This document shows, in pieces, positions 1 through 8,530 of a stretch of DNA of 64,000 nucleotides. The translations under genes and the position numbers were made by a program. The stretch's first letter is position 1; each line of letters starts with the position of its first letter. This stretch comes from Oscillospiraceae bacterium. GTDB lineage: Bacteria; Bacillota; Clostridia; Oscillospirales; Ruminococcaceae. The notes beneath the pieces are model-generated. The model was not told the origin of the DNA. It ran no database searches and saw only the letters and a list, made by a program, of their open reading frames with translations. Where the stretch lies: the NCBI GenBank assembly GCA_965226565.1, contig CBDDDI010000004.1, positions 408,942 through 472,941 on the forward strand, given 5' to 3'.

Positions 1-64
1 TGACTTTAATAATTTTTCCATCGTAAATAAGTTCTGAGTTTAATTTCTTTTCATATAAATGCAT
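1..64 (-). CDS. partial CDS, first 21 codons of a NUDIX/ADP-ribose pyrophosphatase-like protein (runs off window start)
   Basis: Reverse complement of 1-64 reads MHLYEKKLNSELIYDGKIIKV and is open to the window edge. AAAGGA lies 9 nt upstream of the ATG at 64-62. It sits directly downstream of the YfhO stop. The pattern resembles NudF-type N-termini, but 21 aa is too short to be sure. Confidence 0.3.
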   Translation of the reverse strand, partial: MHLYEKKLNSELIYDGKIIKV

Positions 65-81
65 ATACAAATTCCTTTCGA

Positions 82-2457
82 TTATTTATATTTTGTACTA
101 ATTATTTCGTAATTTTCATCATCAGATTTTTTTGAAACATATTTTATTCTTCTATTAATAATCAAATATGTTGCTAATAAAATTATACTAAATAATGATA
201 TTATAAATCCTATTTTTAATCCTTGAGGAGAATATTTAAATACAATTTCAATATTTTCTCCAGCAGGACATAAAACTGCTGACAAACCATTATCAACTTT
301 TTCTATTTTAACAGATTTACCATTTACAGTCGCTTTGAAACCTTTGTCATAAGGCACACTAAAGAAAACTAAATTTTCACGATCTAAATTTATTTTAGAA
401 ACAAATCCTTTTCCATTAGTTTTAAAATAATGACAAGCATTTTCTTTTCTATCTAAACAGTCTTTTTCCAAAATATCTTTTGTATAATAATCAGTTAATT
501 CATTTTCAGGAATAGGAGACAATACATTTTTATATTTTTCAATTTGCTTTTCATCTAACAATAAAGCTTTCAACAACATTCCATCTCTAGAATAATTAGT
601 CTTAAGCTCAAATTGTTCTTTTGTCATATAATAATCAAAAGTAAATCCTATTGGAATATAATTTTTATTTTCATATACATCAAAATCATTTTGATTTCCT
701 ATATACTCAAAACCTTCCATTTCAAAAACTTCTTTTGATGGTTTGTTAAAATAATATTTGACTGACAACAAACTTCTAAGTGGAAATCTTTCTGTTTTTG
801 GTCTTGATGCAACATCTCGACTTATATTCAAACCTTGATAAAACTCCATAATTGATGGTGAAACAACACTATGGAAAGTTCTTATTGAAGACTTTTTCCA
901 AAACATTGGATAATTATCTTTTGCATAACTTATATCAATTCTATAAAAATCATCTTCTGGAAGATCAATTTTTGAGGCTCCATTTATTGCTTCACTTATA
1001 TACTCAGATGACCTAGAATGTTGCAAAACTCCATACCATGTTACTGTTGCTGTACACAAAAAACATGCTACAATTGTTAATTTAAATGCAAGTTTTATTT
1101 GTCTTTTATTTCGTTTCACATAATATGCTATAATTATTAATAACACAGTTCCTATTACTGTTATACCAAATGTAACCCAAAAAAGTCCTTTATATTCTGG
1201 TAAAGATCCAAATTTTAATACTGATGTATCTTCATTTCTAGTAGGCAATATTGCTGCTATTCCAAAGAATATCAACATTCCAACACATATTGGAACTCCT
1301 TTTTTCAAAGAAATTTTTGAACTATCCAAAGCATATGCTGTCATTGCACACATAATCAGTATCGGCATATAAAACCATCTTGCATAATAACTTGAATTAA
1401 AAGCATAAAAAGATGAATTCAAAATTGGTATAAAAGCAAAAATAATGCATACGATTGTAACAGTTTTCATCCAATGCTTTTTCTTTTCTCTCATAAATGC
1501 AATTACTCCTGCCATTGAGAAAAGAGGCAAGTATCCTGCGATTGACGCCCATCTTGCGCTATTTGCTGAGAACAAATTTGATCTTGCTGGAACATCTGGT
1601 ATCATAAAAAAGCTTTGAATAATACGTATAATCCTAAATTTATCATTATATATCAACATATCGTGTCCAAGCAATGAATCATCTACTCTTGGATTATTTA
1701 TAACTGCAAAAAATGATGGTAACAAAATTATTGCGCTAACCATAACTCCTAATATTGATTCTATCATCAATGAAACAAATTTCTTAAACGTTATATTGAA
1801 ATCATCACTTCTACACCTACATATAAAGTATATTATCAAGAATGTAACTTGTCCCGTGAAAAAGAAATAATTTATCATTGAACAAATTGCTACTGTTACT
1901 GCAAAATACCCATGTTTATTATTTTGAACTTTTTCTTCAAGTGCAATAAGAAGTAATGGAAAGAATGCGACCACATCATGAAAATGGTTAAAAAAGATAT
2001 TGTATAATTGAAATCCTGATAACGCATAAAGCATTGAACCAATTATACATGCATTTTTATTTTTTACAAAACGCTTTATAAATAAATAGCTTGTTAATCC
2101 TGCCACTCCTGTTTTGATTGCTAGCAACCATGGAATTAAATAAACTACTACTGAATTTGGAAAAGGCAAGGTAAGCCAGAAAAAAGGACTCCCTAGCAAA
2201 TAAAATGAATATGATCCTAGAAAATTCGTTCCTAGATCCGTTCCCCAATCCCATAACACACCACTTCTTACTAAATCATGTGCATGAAAATAAAAAGGTA
2301 ACTGCTGAGAATTAAAATCTCCATAATATAAAAATATACCTTTATTAATTATTATTGCTGGCATTAACACTAACATCATAATTGCAAAAGGAATAAAAAA
2401 CGCGTGAAAATATTTTTCTTTTTTATTAGTTAACATTCTAGGCAATTTTTTCATCAT
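82..2457 (-). CDS. YfhO family polytopic membrane protein (putative glycosyltransferase-like)
   Basis: ORF 82..2475. Many TM segments in the N-terminal two thirds and a YYGDFNSQQLPFYFH motif typical of the YfhO family. AGGTG lies 4-7 nt before the ATG ATG pair at 2457/2454 and there is no SD before 2475, so the start is trimmed. Confidence 0.8.
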   Translation of the reverse strand: MMKKLPRMLTNKKEKYFHAFFIPFAIMMLVLMPAIIINKGIFLYYGDFNSQQLPFYFHAHDLVRSGVLWDWGTDLGTNFLGSYSFYLLGSPFFWLTLPFPNSVVVYLIPWLLAIKTGVAGLTSYLFIKRFVKNKNACIIGSMLYALSGFQLYNIFFNHFHDVVAFFPLLLIALEEKVQNNKHGYFAVTVAICSMINYFFFTGQVTFLIIYFICRCRSDDFNITFKKFVSLMIESILGVMVSAIILLPSFFAVINNPRVDDSLLGHDMLIYNDKFRIIRIIQSFFMIPDVPARSNLFSANSARWASIAGYLPLFSMAGVIAFMREKKKHWMKTVTIVCIIFAFIPILNSSFYAFNSSYYARWFYMPILIMCAMTAYALDSSKISLKKGVPICVGMLIFFGIAAILPTRNEDTSVLKFGSLPEYKGLFWVTFGITVIGTVLLIIIAYYVKRNKRQIKLAFKLTIVACFLCTATVTWYGVLQHSRSSEYISEAINGASKIDLPEDDFYRIDISYAKDNYPMFWKKSSIRTFHSVVSPSIMEFYQGLNISRDVASRPKTERFPLRSLLSVKYYFNKPSKEVFEMEGFEYIGNQNDFDVYENKNYIPIGFTFDYYMTKEQFELKTNYSRDGMLLKALLLDEKQIEKYKNVLSPIPENELTDYYTKDILEKDCLDRKENACHYFKTNGKGFVSKINLDRENLVFFSVPYDKGFKATVNGKSVKIEKVDNGLSAVLCPAGENIEIVFKYSPQGLKIGFIISLFSIILLATYLIINRRIKYVSKKSDDENYEIISTKYK

Positions 2458-2644
2458 ATCACACCTTTTTATCATTATAAACTAGTTTTATTATAACATA
2501 ATATATAAAAATTACAATATTAAAAAACAATTATTTTGTTGTTTGTTTTAAAAAATATCCATTTATAACATCTTTTTTTATCTATTTCTTTATATATTAT
2601 TGACATAATGATAATATTCTTTGTTACTTTTGTTTATAAAAATA

Positions 2645-2672
2645 AAAAAACCACCTATAAAGGTGGTTTTTA
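2645..2672. terminator. intrinsic terminator hairpin downstream of the ABC ATPase gene
   Basis: AAAAACCACC-tataa-GGTGGTTTTT, flanked by an A-run and a T-run (bidirectional form), 11 nt after the stop at 2683. Confidence 0.7.
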
Positions 2673-2682
2673 ATTTCAATTA

Positions 2683-3807
2683 CTAATTAATTATTGCTTT
2701 TTCTGTTTCTTTGTCAAAAATGTGAATTCTATTTGGATCAATTGCAAGTACACATTCTTGTGCAGGTCTAGCATTTGAACGAGGTGAAACTCTTGCTGTC
2801 AAATTAATTCCTTCACATTCAAGATATAAATATGTTTCAGCTCCCATAAGCTCTGTTACTTCAACTGTACAGTTTATTAAACCTGTTTTAGCATTTGATA
2901 TAAACATATCTTCATCATGAAGTGCTTCTGGTCTTACTCCCAACACTATTTCACGATTTACTAATGGTGTTAATGCTTTTTCATCAACTTTTCCTTCAGG
3001 AATTTCAACTGTATATTTCTTTTTATCTGATCCAAATTCTACTACAAATTTGTTTTCTACTTTACGAAGAACTGAATCTATAAAGTTTATTTGTGGTGAT
3101 CCAATGAATCCAGCAACAAATTGGTTTACAGGATTTTGATATAGATTTGTTGGTGAATCAATTTGTTGAATATATCCATCTTTCATTACACATATTCTAT
3201 CACCCATTGTCATAGCTTCTGTTTGGTCATGTGTTACATATATAAATGTTGTTCCTAATTTTTGGTGAAGTTTAGATATCTCTGTTCTCATTTGTGCACG
3301 AAGCTTAGCATCAAGATTTGATAAAGGCTCGTCCAATAAGAATACTTGAGGCTCACGCACTATCGCACGTCCTAAAGCTACACGTTGTCTTTGTCCTCCT
3401 GACAAAGCTTTTGGCTTTCTATCTAAAAGATGTGTTATATCAAGAATTCTTGCAGCTTCTTCTACTTTTCGAACAATCTCTGCTTTTGGAGTTTTCTTAA
3501 GTTTTAAGCTGAATGCCATATTATCAAAAACTGTCATATGAGGATACAAAGCATAGTTTTGGAAAACCATTGCAATATCACGATTTTTTGCATCTACATC
3601 ATTTACTAATCTATCTCCAATATATAGTGATCCTTCACTTATATCTTCAAGACCAGCTATCATTCTTAATGTAGTTGATTTACCACAACCTGAAGGACCA
3701 ACCAGTATTATAAATTCCTTATCTTGGATATCCATATTAAAATCTGAAACAGCAACTACGCCACCTGGATACTTCTTATATATTTCTTTTAAAACTACGC
3801 TTGCCAT
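2683..3807 (-). CDS. msmK: sugar ABC transporter ATP-binding protein, MalK/MsmK/UgpC type (no adjacent permease genes)
   Basis: Walker [10 protein letters not shown], signature LSGGQRQRV, Walker [12 protein letters not shown], and a C-terminal MalK-like regulatory domain. GGAGG lies 8 nt upstream of the ATG. Confidence 0.85.
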   Translation of the reverse strand: MASVVLKEIYKKYPGGVVAVSDFNMDIQDKEFIILVGPSGCGKSTTLRMIAGLEDISEGSLYIGDRLVNDVDAKNRDIAMVFQNYALYPHMTVFDNMAFSLKLKKTPKAEIVRKVEEAARILDITHLLDRKPKALSGGQRQRVALGRAIVREPQVFLLDEPLSNLDAKLRAQMRTEISKLHQKLGTTFIYVTHDQTEAMTMGDRICVMKDGYIQQIDSPTNLYQNPVNQFVAGFIGSPQINFIDSVLRKVENKFVVEFGSDKKKYTVEIPEGKVDEKALTPLVNREIVLGVRPEALHDEDMFISNAKTGLINCTVEVTELMGAETYLYLECEGINLTARVSPRSNARPAQECVLAIDPNRIHIFDKETEKAIIN

Positions 3808-3939
3808 ACTTATTTTCCTCCTAATTTTGTGGCTAATGTTAATTAGCTTTACTAATATGATAACAAACTTATAACATACAAAACAAGAGGTTTTTTTACT
3901 AAACTTTTAAAAAATCCTTTATTTATTATGACGAACAAC

Positions 3940-4935
3940 CTAGTCGCAATCTGGTGTAAAAGCTACATTTATTAAAATTTTTTCGATGTTTTTGTACAAA
4001 ATTTCTATACTCTCTCCAAGAGCCAATTTTGAGTCTAATTTGATTGATCCAATTTGAACTCTCTTTAAGTACGTAACTTTATTTTCCAATTTCTCAAACA
4101 TTTTTTTCACTTGGTGATACATTCCTTCATGTAATACTACATAACAACTCTTTGAATTTTTACCTTTATGGAATTCTGCCGGCAAACATTTTTCTCCAGT
4201 TTTTAATTGTATTCCATCTTTAAACTTTTGATCATAACTATCATCATATTCTTTTTCAAGTTCTACATAATAAACTTTTGAAACATGATGTTTTGGAGAT
4301 AACATTCTATGTGCTAAATCTCCATCATCAGTTATTAAAACAAATCCTTCTGTATCTTTATCAAGTCTGCCTGCTGGAAACAAGCCTTTTCTTTGCATAC
4401 TTTTTGGCACAAGAGATAAAACCGTAGGTGATAGTCCATCCTTTGTAGAACAGACTACACCTTTTGGTTTATTAAGCATAATATATATATTCTTTTTATA
4501 CTCTATTGTCCTGCCATTAAACATTACTATATCAGTTTCTGGATTTATTTTATATTCAGCTTTTTTTACTACAACTCCATTTACCTTTACAAGACCTTTT
4601 TTTAAATATTGCTTAACTATAGTTCTTGTTACATCTGTGATTTGATTAGATATAAATTTATCTATTCTTTCTGATTTATGGTGTTGTGAAGAAGAAGTCT
4701 GATGGTTTATCTGCGTTGGTTGGTGCACTTGTTGTTTCTGCGCTTGATTCGCTTGTTTCTGGTGCACTTGTTGTTTCTGCGCTTGATTCACTTGTTTCTG
4801 GTGCACTTGTTTCGCTGCTTGGTGCACTTGTTTCACTTGTTTCTGGTGCATTTGCTTCGCTGCTTGGTGCACTTGTTTCTGGTGAACTTGTTTCGGTGTT
4901 TGATTGTTCTGTTGCATTTGATATTTGATCTCCAT
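3940..4935 (-). CDS. rRNA pseudouridine synthase, RsuA/RluB family, with an about 88-aa Gln/His/Lys-rich repeat N-terminal extension (start uncertain)
   Basis: S4 domain from ERIDKFISNQ and catalytic motif GRLDKDTEGFVLITDDG. No ATG lies between 4935 and the S4 domain. AAGGA lies 5 nt before the ATG at 4935. Alternative in-frame GTG codons lie inside the repeat; the last is at 4728. Confidence 0.75.
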   Translation of the reverse strand: MEIKYQMQQNNQTPKQVHQKQVHQAAKQMHQKQVKQVHQAAKQVHQKQVNQAQKQQVHQKQANQAQKQQVHQPTQINHQTSSSQHHKSERIDKFISNQITDVTRTIVKQYLKKGLVKVNGVVVKKAEYKINPETDIVMFNGRTIEYKKNIYIMLNKPKGVVCSTKDGLSPTVLSLVPKSMQRKGLFPAGRLDKDTEGFVLITDDGDLAHRMLSPKHHVSKVYYVELEKEYDDSYDQKFKDGIQLKTGEKCLPAEFHKGKNSKSCYVVLHEGMYHQVKKMFEKLENKVTYLKRVQIGSIKLDSKLALGESIEILYKNIEKILINVAFTPDCD

Positions 4936-5416
4936 CTTTATCCTTTATTTGTTTTACATCTACTGGCATCAAACCATGCATGAAACCATCTTTTTCAGTA
5001 GAGCTTACATCTCCACCTACTAAAATAGTGTCACATATTATTAGATGTACAACAACATTCTTTGGTTTATCAGGATAATTATACACTTCATATTCATAAA
5101 TTTCAACTTCTTTGCCTTTAATTTTACTTATATCAAAGCCTTGCTCTTTTTGTAATTTATTATAAACATTATACACAGCGTTAAATTTTGATGGAACTTT
5201 CACTACTCTGCAATCTTTTTCTGTATCAGATACTTCCCATCCTACTTGTTCTAAAAAAGATACTCTATCTGTATTGTTTTCTAACTTATATTTACTACCT
5301 ACACCTTTGCTACCTCTTCCGGTTGCCCACACAACTACAAGTATTATTATTGCAATAGCTATTATTATAAAAGCAATCGGATTAGGTTTTTTCAGCTTTA
5401 CTGTTTTTACAAACAT
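4676..5416 (-). CDS. DUF4830-like membrane-anchored protein with a Ser/Thr/Glu/Ala/Pro-rich repeat tail
   Basis: N-terminal TM anchor PIAFIIIAIAIIILVVVW and a core resembling DUF4830 (FLEQVGWEV ... YNKLQKEQGFDI ... GGDVSSTEKDGFMHGL). AGAGGA lies 6 nt before the ATG at 5416, and the ORF-track ATG at 5434 has no SD. The tail is encoded by the 4721-4900 repeat. Confidence 0.7.
   Translation of the reverse strand: MFVKTVKLKKPNPIAFIIIAIAIIILVVVWATGRGSKGVGSKYKLENNTDRVSFLEQVGWEVSDTEKDCRVVKVPSKFNAVYNVYNKLQKEQGFDISKIKGKEVEIYEYEVYNYPDKPKNVVVHLIICDTILVGGDVSSTEKDGFMHGLMPVDVKQIKDKDGDQISNATEQSNTETSSPETSAPSSEANAPETSETSAPSSETSAPETSESSAETTSAPETSESSAETTSAPTNADKPSDFFFTTP
4721..4900. repeat. imperfect tandem repeat, core TGGTGCACTTGTTTC (two 39-nt units followed by 15-24-nt units)
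   Basis: The 39-nt units at 4721-4759 and 4760-4798 differ at 1 nt. Shorter units start at 4799, 4820, 4844, 4865 and 4880. The region is open in four of six frames. Confidence 0.9.
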
Positions 5417-5499
5417 ATCAATTCCTCTTTTCATAGATTTTTATTAATCTATATGATAAGAATAAGAAGATAATGACAAGCAGAACAAACTTATAATTT

Positions 5500-5533
5500 A
5501 AAAAAATGAAGAACTTTTCGACAAGAAAAGCTC
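5500..5533 (-). terminator. minus-strand intrinsic terminator upstream of the DUF4830 gene
   Basis: On the minus strand: GAGCTTTTC-ttgtc-GAAAAGTTC, then TTCATTTTTTT. The stem is 9 bp with one G-U pair. Confidence 0.6.
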
Positions 5534-5563
5534 CTCATTATTTGATTTTGTTAAATTTTTTAG

Positions 5564-5592
5564 TTGACAAATGTGCTAAAACAGATTATAAT
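5564..5592 (+). promoter_or_regulatory. consensus sigma-A type promoter with no downstream gene
   Basis: TTGACA (5564-5569), a 17-nt spacer, then TATAAT (5587-5592). Both hexamers are perfect. Confidence 0.5.
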
Positions 5593-5598
5593 GTAAAT

Positions 5599-5708
5599 AC
5601 AGTAGTTAATATAAAAGATTTATTGAAAGGCGTCTGCCTTTTATTTTAATAATTAAATATGTTTATTTAAAATAACCGTTACTTTTGCTGAGAGACGGTT
5701 ATTTTTTT
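5599..5708 (+). ncRNA. candidate about 50-110-nt antisense small RNA (ends inferred, not measured)
   Basis: The start is inferred about 7 nt after the -10 at 5587-5592. Two plus-strand terminators follow: AAAGGC-gtct-GCCTTT+TATTTT (5626-5648) and AATAACCGT-15 nt-ACGGTTATTTTTTT (5671-5708). No SD or ORF is present. It is complementary to the 3' end of the convergent minus-strand unit. Confidence 0.3.
5671..5708. terminator. bidirectional terminator shared by convergent small transcription units
   Basis: A 9-bp stem AATAACCGT/ACGGTTATT has a 7-T run on the plus strand and a TTTT run on the minus strand. The stop codon of the small minus-strand ORF lies inside one arm. Confidence 0.55.
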
Positions 5709-5776
5709 ATGTACTTAATAATCTCATTTATTGAAATTAAAATAAATAATACCATTGCCATCTCTAATATCTCCAT
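5699..5776 (-). CDS. candidate 25-aa hydrophobic peptide MEILEMAMVLFILISINEIIKYIKK (possible type I toxin)
   Basis: GAGG (5788-5785) lies 8 nt before the ATG at 5776. An in-frame ATG at 5782 would give 27 aa. The peptide has a hydrophobic core and a Lys-rich C-terminus. The TAA at 5701-5699 runs into the terminator. It was not in the ORF track because it is under 60 aa. Confidence 0.3.
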   Translation of the reverse strand: MEILEMAMVLFILISINEIIKYIKK

Positions 5777-5860
5777 AAACATCGCCTCGCTTTTTTCATT
5801 CCACTTACACCTATCTCAAAGCACACCACCTATCAATAAAATCATTTATATTATATATAT

Positions 5861-5890
5861 ATTATACCATAATATGTGTAATTTTGTCAA
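5861..5890 (-). promoter_or_regulatory. strong minus-strand promoter driving the small ORF
   Basis: On the minus strand: TTGACA (5890-5885), an 18-nt spacer ending in TGG, then TATAAT (5866-5861). This is an extended -10 TGgTATAAT. Confidence 0.5.
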
Positions 5891-6235
5891 TAAATATATG
5901 TGAATTTTTAAGATATTTTGTTTCTTTTTGAGTTACTTTTTGTGCATAATTACTAATAAGCACAAATTCTATATAAACTATTTATTAAGCAAAAAACAAT
6001 AAATATTATTAGTTTTTTATTATTTTATCAAACTTTTCTTTTTATTATCTATATAATTTTTCACATAATAAATCTTATTGCATATCATAGTACTATAGAT
6101 TGAATTGATATGTATATTAACTGTTTTAATAACTCAATCTATTCTAATTCATTTCAATATATCATAAAAATAATAAGGTAAATATATCTTATTTTTAATT
6201 TTGTATAAATAACATTTGAATAGGGAGGACATTGT

Positions 6236-6478
6236 ATGAATTTAAACCAAAACGGTGCTAATTTTCTACTTAATATGGTAAGTAAAAAACTTGGAACTAA
6301 TTCAAATCAGTTGAAAAAAGATTTACAATCTGGCGATTTAAGCCGTGTTACTAAAAATATGAGCCCTGAAGAATCGAAAAAATTAAATAGGGCACTTACT
6401 GATAAAGATTTCGCTCAAAAAATATTTTCTTCTCCAGAAGCACAAGCTTTAATGAAAAAACTTTCTGGAAAAAAATAA
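6236..6478 (+). CDS. hypothetical small soluble protein (80 aa)
   Basis: AGGGAGGA lies 7 nt upstream of the ATG. The protein is Lys-rich and helical-looking, with no motif I recognise. Confidence 0.6.
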   Translation: MNLNQNGANFLLNMVSKKLGTNSNQLKKDLQSGDLSRVTKNMSPEESKKLNRALTDKDFAQKIFSSPEAQALMKKLSGKK

Positions 6479-6527
6479 TTTTTTAATTATACACTTTAAT
6501 TTTTATATAGGCTAAAGGGGTGATTAC

Positions 6528-6923
6528 ATGGACGACATGATGGGCAAAATTCAAGAAGTTTTAAGCGATGAGCAAAGCATGAATCAGATTAAAAAACTGG
6601 CAGAAATGCTTGGTGCAGGAGACATGGATGACAGCACTAGTGAGTCAGATGATAATAGCACCCCTACACAAAGCCCTGAAAATAATGATAGCGACAGTAC
6701 TTCTAACGTAGATATGTCCAAAATACTAATGATGCAAAAAATTCTACAACAAGCAAATAAAAAAGATTCTACTGTAGAATTTTTATATGCATTAAAACCA
6801 CTACTTAAAGATGAGCGTAAAAAGAAAATTGATACACTAGGAAAAATTTTTAAACTCATTGCAATTTTACCGCTAATTAAAGATAGTGGTTTGTTAGGAG
6901 GCGATTTGTTTGACTTCTTATAA
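6528..6923 (+). CDS. hypothetical protein with an acidic Ser/Asp/Asn-rich linker (131 aa)
   Basis: AAGGGGTG lies upstream of the ATG. Conserved-looking ends (MGKIQEVLSDEQSMNQIKKLAEMLG ... LKPLLKDERKKKID) flank a low-complexity linker. Confidence 0.6.
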   Translation: MDDMMGKIQEVLSDEQSMNQIKKLAEMLGAGDMDDSTSESDDNSTPTQSPENNDSDSTSNVDMSKILMMQKILQQANKKDSTVEFLYALKPLLKDERKKKIDTLGKIFKLIAILPLIKDSGLLGGDLFDFL

Positions 6924-7461
6924 TGTAGATAGTTTTAATTCTATGCACCGTGATGCAATGAAAAGGATCAAAGAACTTCATCAAAGAGCACTTCCAAATG
7001 AAGAAGTCAAAGAAATTGAAACTGCGCAAATATCAGAAGAACCTATTGAAATAGCTGACATTCCAGAAGGAACATCAGCTCAAGAAAATACTAATGAAAA
7101 TAATCAAAAATCTAATTCTATTTTTCAAAACAATCCATTATCACAAATGCTCGGAAATTTTTCTAATCCACTAAAAGGTGGTTCACTACTTGGGAACCTC
7201 TCTAATCCATTAAAAAATGGACCGCTTAAAGATGGTGCAAGTATGTTGTCAGGAATTTTAAATGGAAAATCTAATCCAGACAAAGATTCTTCCGGAGATT
7301 TTTTATCAGGAATCCTTGGAAAAACAGGAAGCATTGGTGATTTATTAAAAAAACTCAATATAGATGAAGAAAAACTTCTTATTTTATTTTTAATATATAT
7401 ACTATATAAAAACGGTTCTGATTATAAGCTTTTATTAGCACTTGGATACTTAATAGTATAA
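6910..7461 (+). CDS. hypothetical protein with a low-complexity middle and a C-terminal TM helix (183 aa, TTG start)
   Basis: AGGAGG (6895-6900) lies 9 nt before the TTG at 6910, and there is a 14-nt overlap with the upstream gene (translational coupling). The middle repeats the words NPL(K/S) and SGIL. The C-terminus is LLILFLIYILY. Confidence 0.55.
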   Translation: MTSYNVDSFNSMHRDAMKRIKELHQRALPNEEVKEIETAQISEEPIEIADIPEGTSAQENTNENNQKSNSIFQNNPLSQMLGNFSNPLKGGSLLGNLSNPLKNGPLKDGASMLSGILNGKSNPDKDSSGDFLSGILGKTGSIGDLLKKLNIDEEKLLILFLIYILYKNGSDYKLLLALGYLIV

Positions 7462-7499
7462 ATCCATCTTTATTTTTAATAAAGACGGATTTATTTTTT
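7460..7499. terminator. bidirectional terminator between convergent genes
   Basis: AAATCCATCTTTA-7 nt-TAAAGACGGATTT followed by TTATTTTTT. Confidence 0.7.
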
Positions 7500-7505
7500 G
7501 TGTTA

Positions 7506-8495
7506 TTACGAAATTCTATGACATGAATCTCCAATTTCCATTTTGACATCTAACGTTACATGTCTTGGTTCTGAATCCGAAGGAAGAATAACTGCTTCAA
7601 ATAAGTTTTTTGCAATCTTTTTGACATCTTGTTTCACTGTTGTGATCTTTGGATAAAAATATTCCGGAGAACATCCATCAAATCCAACAACAGAAAAATC
7701 AAGCGGCACTCTAAGACCCATTTTATTAGCTCTAACTATAAATCCTCTTGCGATTGTATCGTTAGAACACACAATAGCTGTTGGACGATCCGGTAATGTA
7801 CATATATAATCAAGAGCATTAACTCCTACTTGAGCTCTCCAATCACCTTTAATTATATACTCATCGGGCACTTCAATACCTTTTTGTTCAAGAGCTTCTA
7901 AAAATGCTTTTTTTCTTTCCTGAGCAGATATAGCTAATGGATTATCTCCTATAAAAGCAAATTTAGTATGACCTAAATTACATAAATAGTCAACAAGCAT
8001 CTTTACTCCTTTTACATTGTCAGCTACAACAGATGAATATCCATCACCAACATATCTATCGTGAAACACCAAAGTTTGATTTGATGCAGGAGATGAAAAG
8101 ACTTCTTTAGTATGTCCTTCTGTAAATATTATACCTTTTGTACGTATTCCTTCACAAAACCTTAAATATTCTTTCTCTTTTTCAGGATTGTTTTCCGTGT
8201 TACATACAATTAATGAATACTTATTTTCAAACGCTATGTTATTTAGTTCCTTTATAAGCTGCACAAAGAACGGTATCTCTATATCAAGTATAAATACAGC
8301 TATACAGTTACTTGTCTTTTGATATATATCACGTACAAGCATATTTGGAACATAGTTATATTCTTTTATTACCTTATTTACCTTATCTCTCGTTTCTTGC
8401 GTAGTCTTCTCAGGAGTATTCAAGACTCTTGAAACTGTTGCAACAGATACTCCTGCAGCTTTCGCAATATCTCTGATACCTATATGTTGTCTCAA
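7506..8495 (-). CDS. LacI family transcriptional regulator (TTG start)
   Basis: N-terminal HTH IRDIAKAAGVSVATVSRVLN and a periplasmic-binding-protein-like sugar-binding core. GAGGTG lies 6 nt before the TTG at 8495. Confidence 0.85.
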   Translation of the reverse strand: MRQHIGIRDIAKAAGVSVATVSRVLNTPEKTTQETRDKVNKVIKEYNYVPNMLVRDIYQKTSNCIAVFILDIEIPFFVQLIKELNNIAFENKYSLIVCNTENNPEKEKEYLRFCEGIRTKGIIFTEGHTKEVFSSPASNQTLVFHDRYVGDGYSSVVADNVKGVKMLVDYLCNLGHTKFAFIGDNPLAISAQERKKAFLEALEQKGIEVPDEYIIKGDWRAQVGVNALDYICTLPDRPTAIVCSNDTIARGFIVRANKMGLRVPLDFSVVGFDGCSPEYFYPKITTVKQDVKKIAKNLFEAVILPSDSEPRHVTLDVKMEIGDSCHRIS

Positions 8496-8512
8496 TCATA
8501 TCACCTCAAAAC

Positions 8513-8530
8513 AAATGTAACGTTACATTT
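8513..8530. promoter_or_regulatory. LacI/CcpA-type operator, perfect 18-bp palindrome
   Basis: AAATGTAAC|GTTACATTT lies 18 nt upstream of the regulator start codon. The core TGTAACGTTACA fits the LacI-family operator shape. Confidence 0.6.

Noticed and set aside
4686-4983. Two plus-strand ORFs (80 and 93 aa) across the tandem repeat
   Set aside because: They are open only because the repeat lacks stop codons in four frames. They have no SD, give Leu/Val/Ser low-complexity translations, and lie antisense to two genes with recognisable domains.
5685-5903. 72-aa plus-strand ORF in the 5.4-6.2 kb gap
   Set aside because: It has a TTG start inside a terminator hairpin, no SD, and an Ile/Asn/Tyr-rich translation typical of AT-rich non-coding DNA. 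The region is better explained by the convergent promoter/terminator pair.
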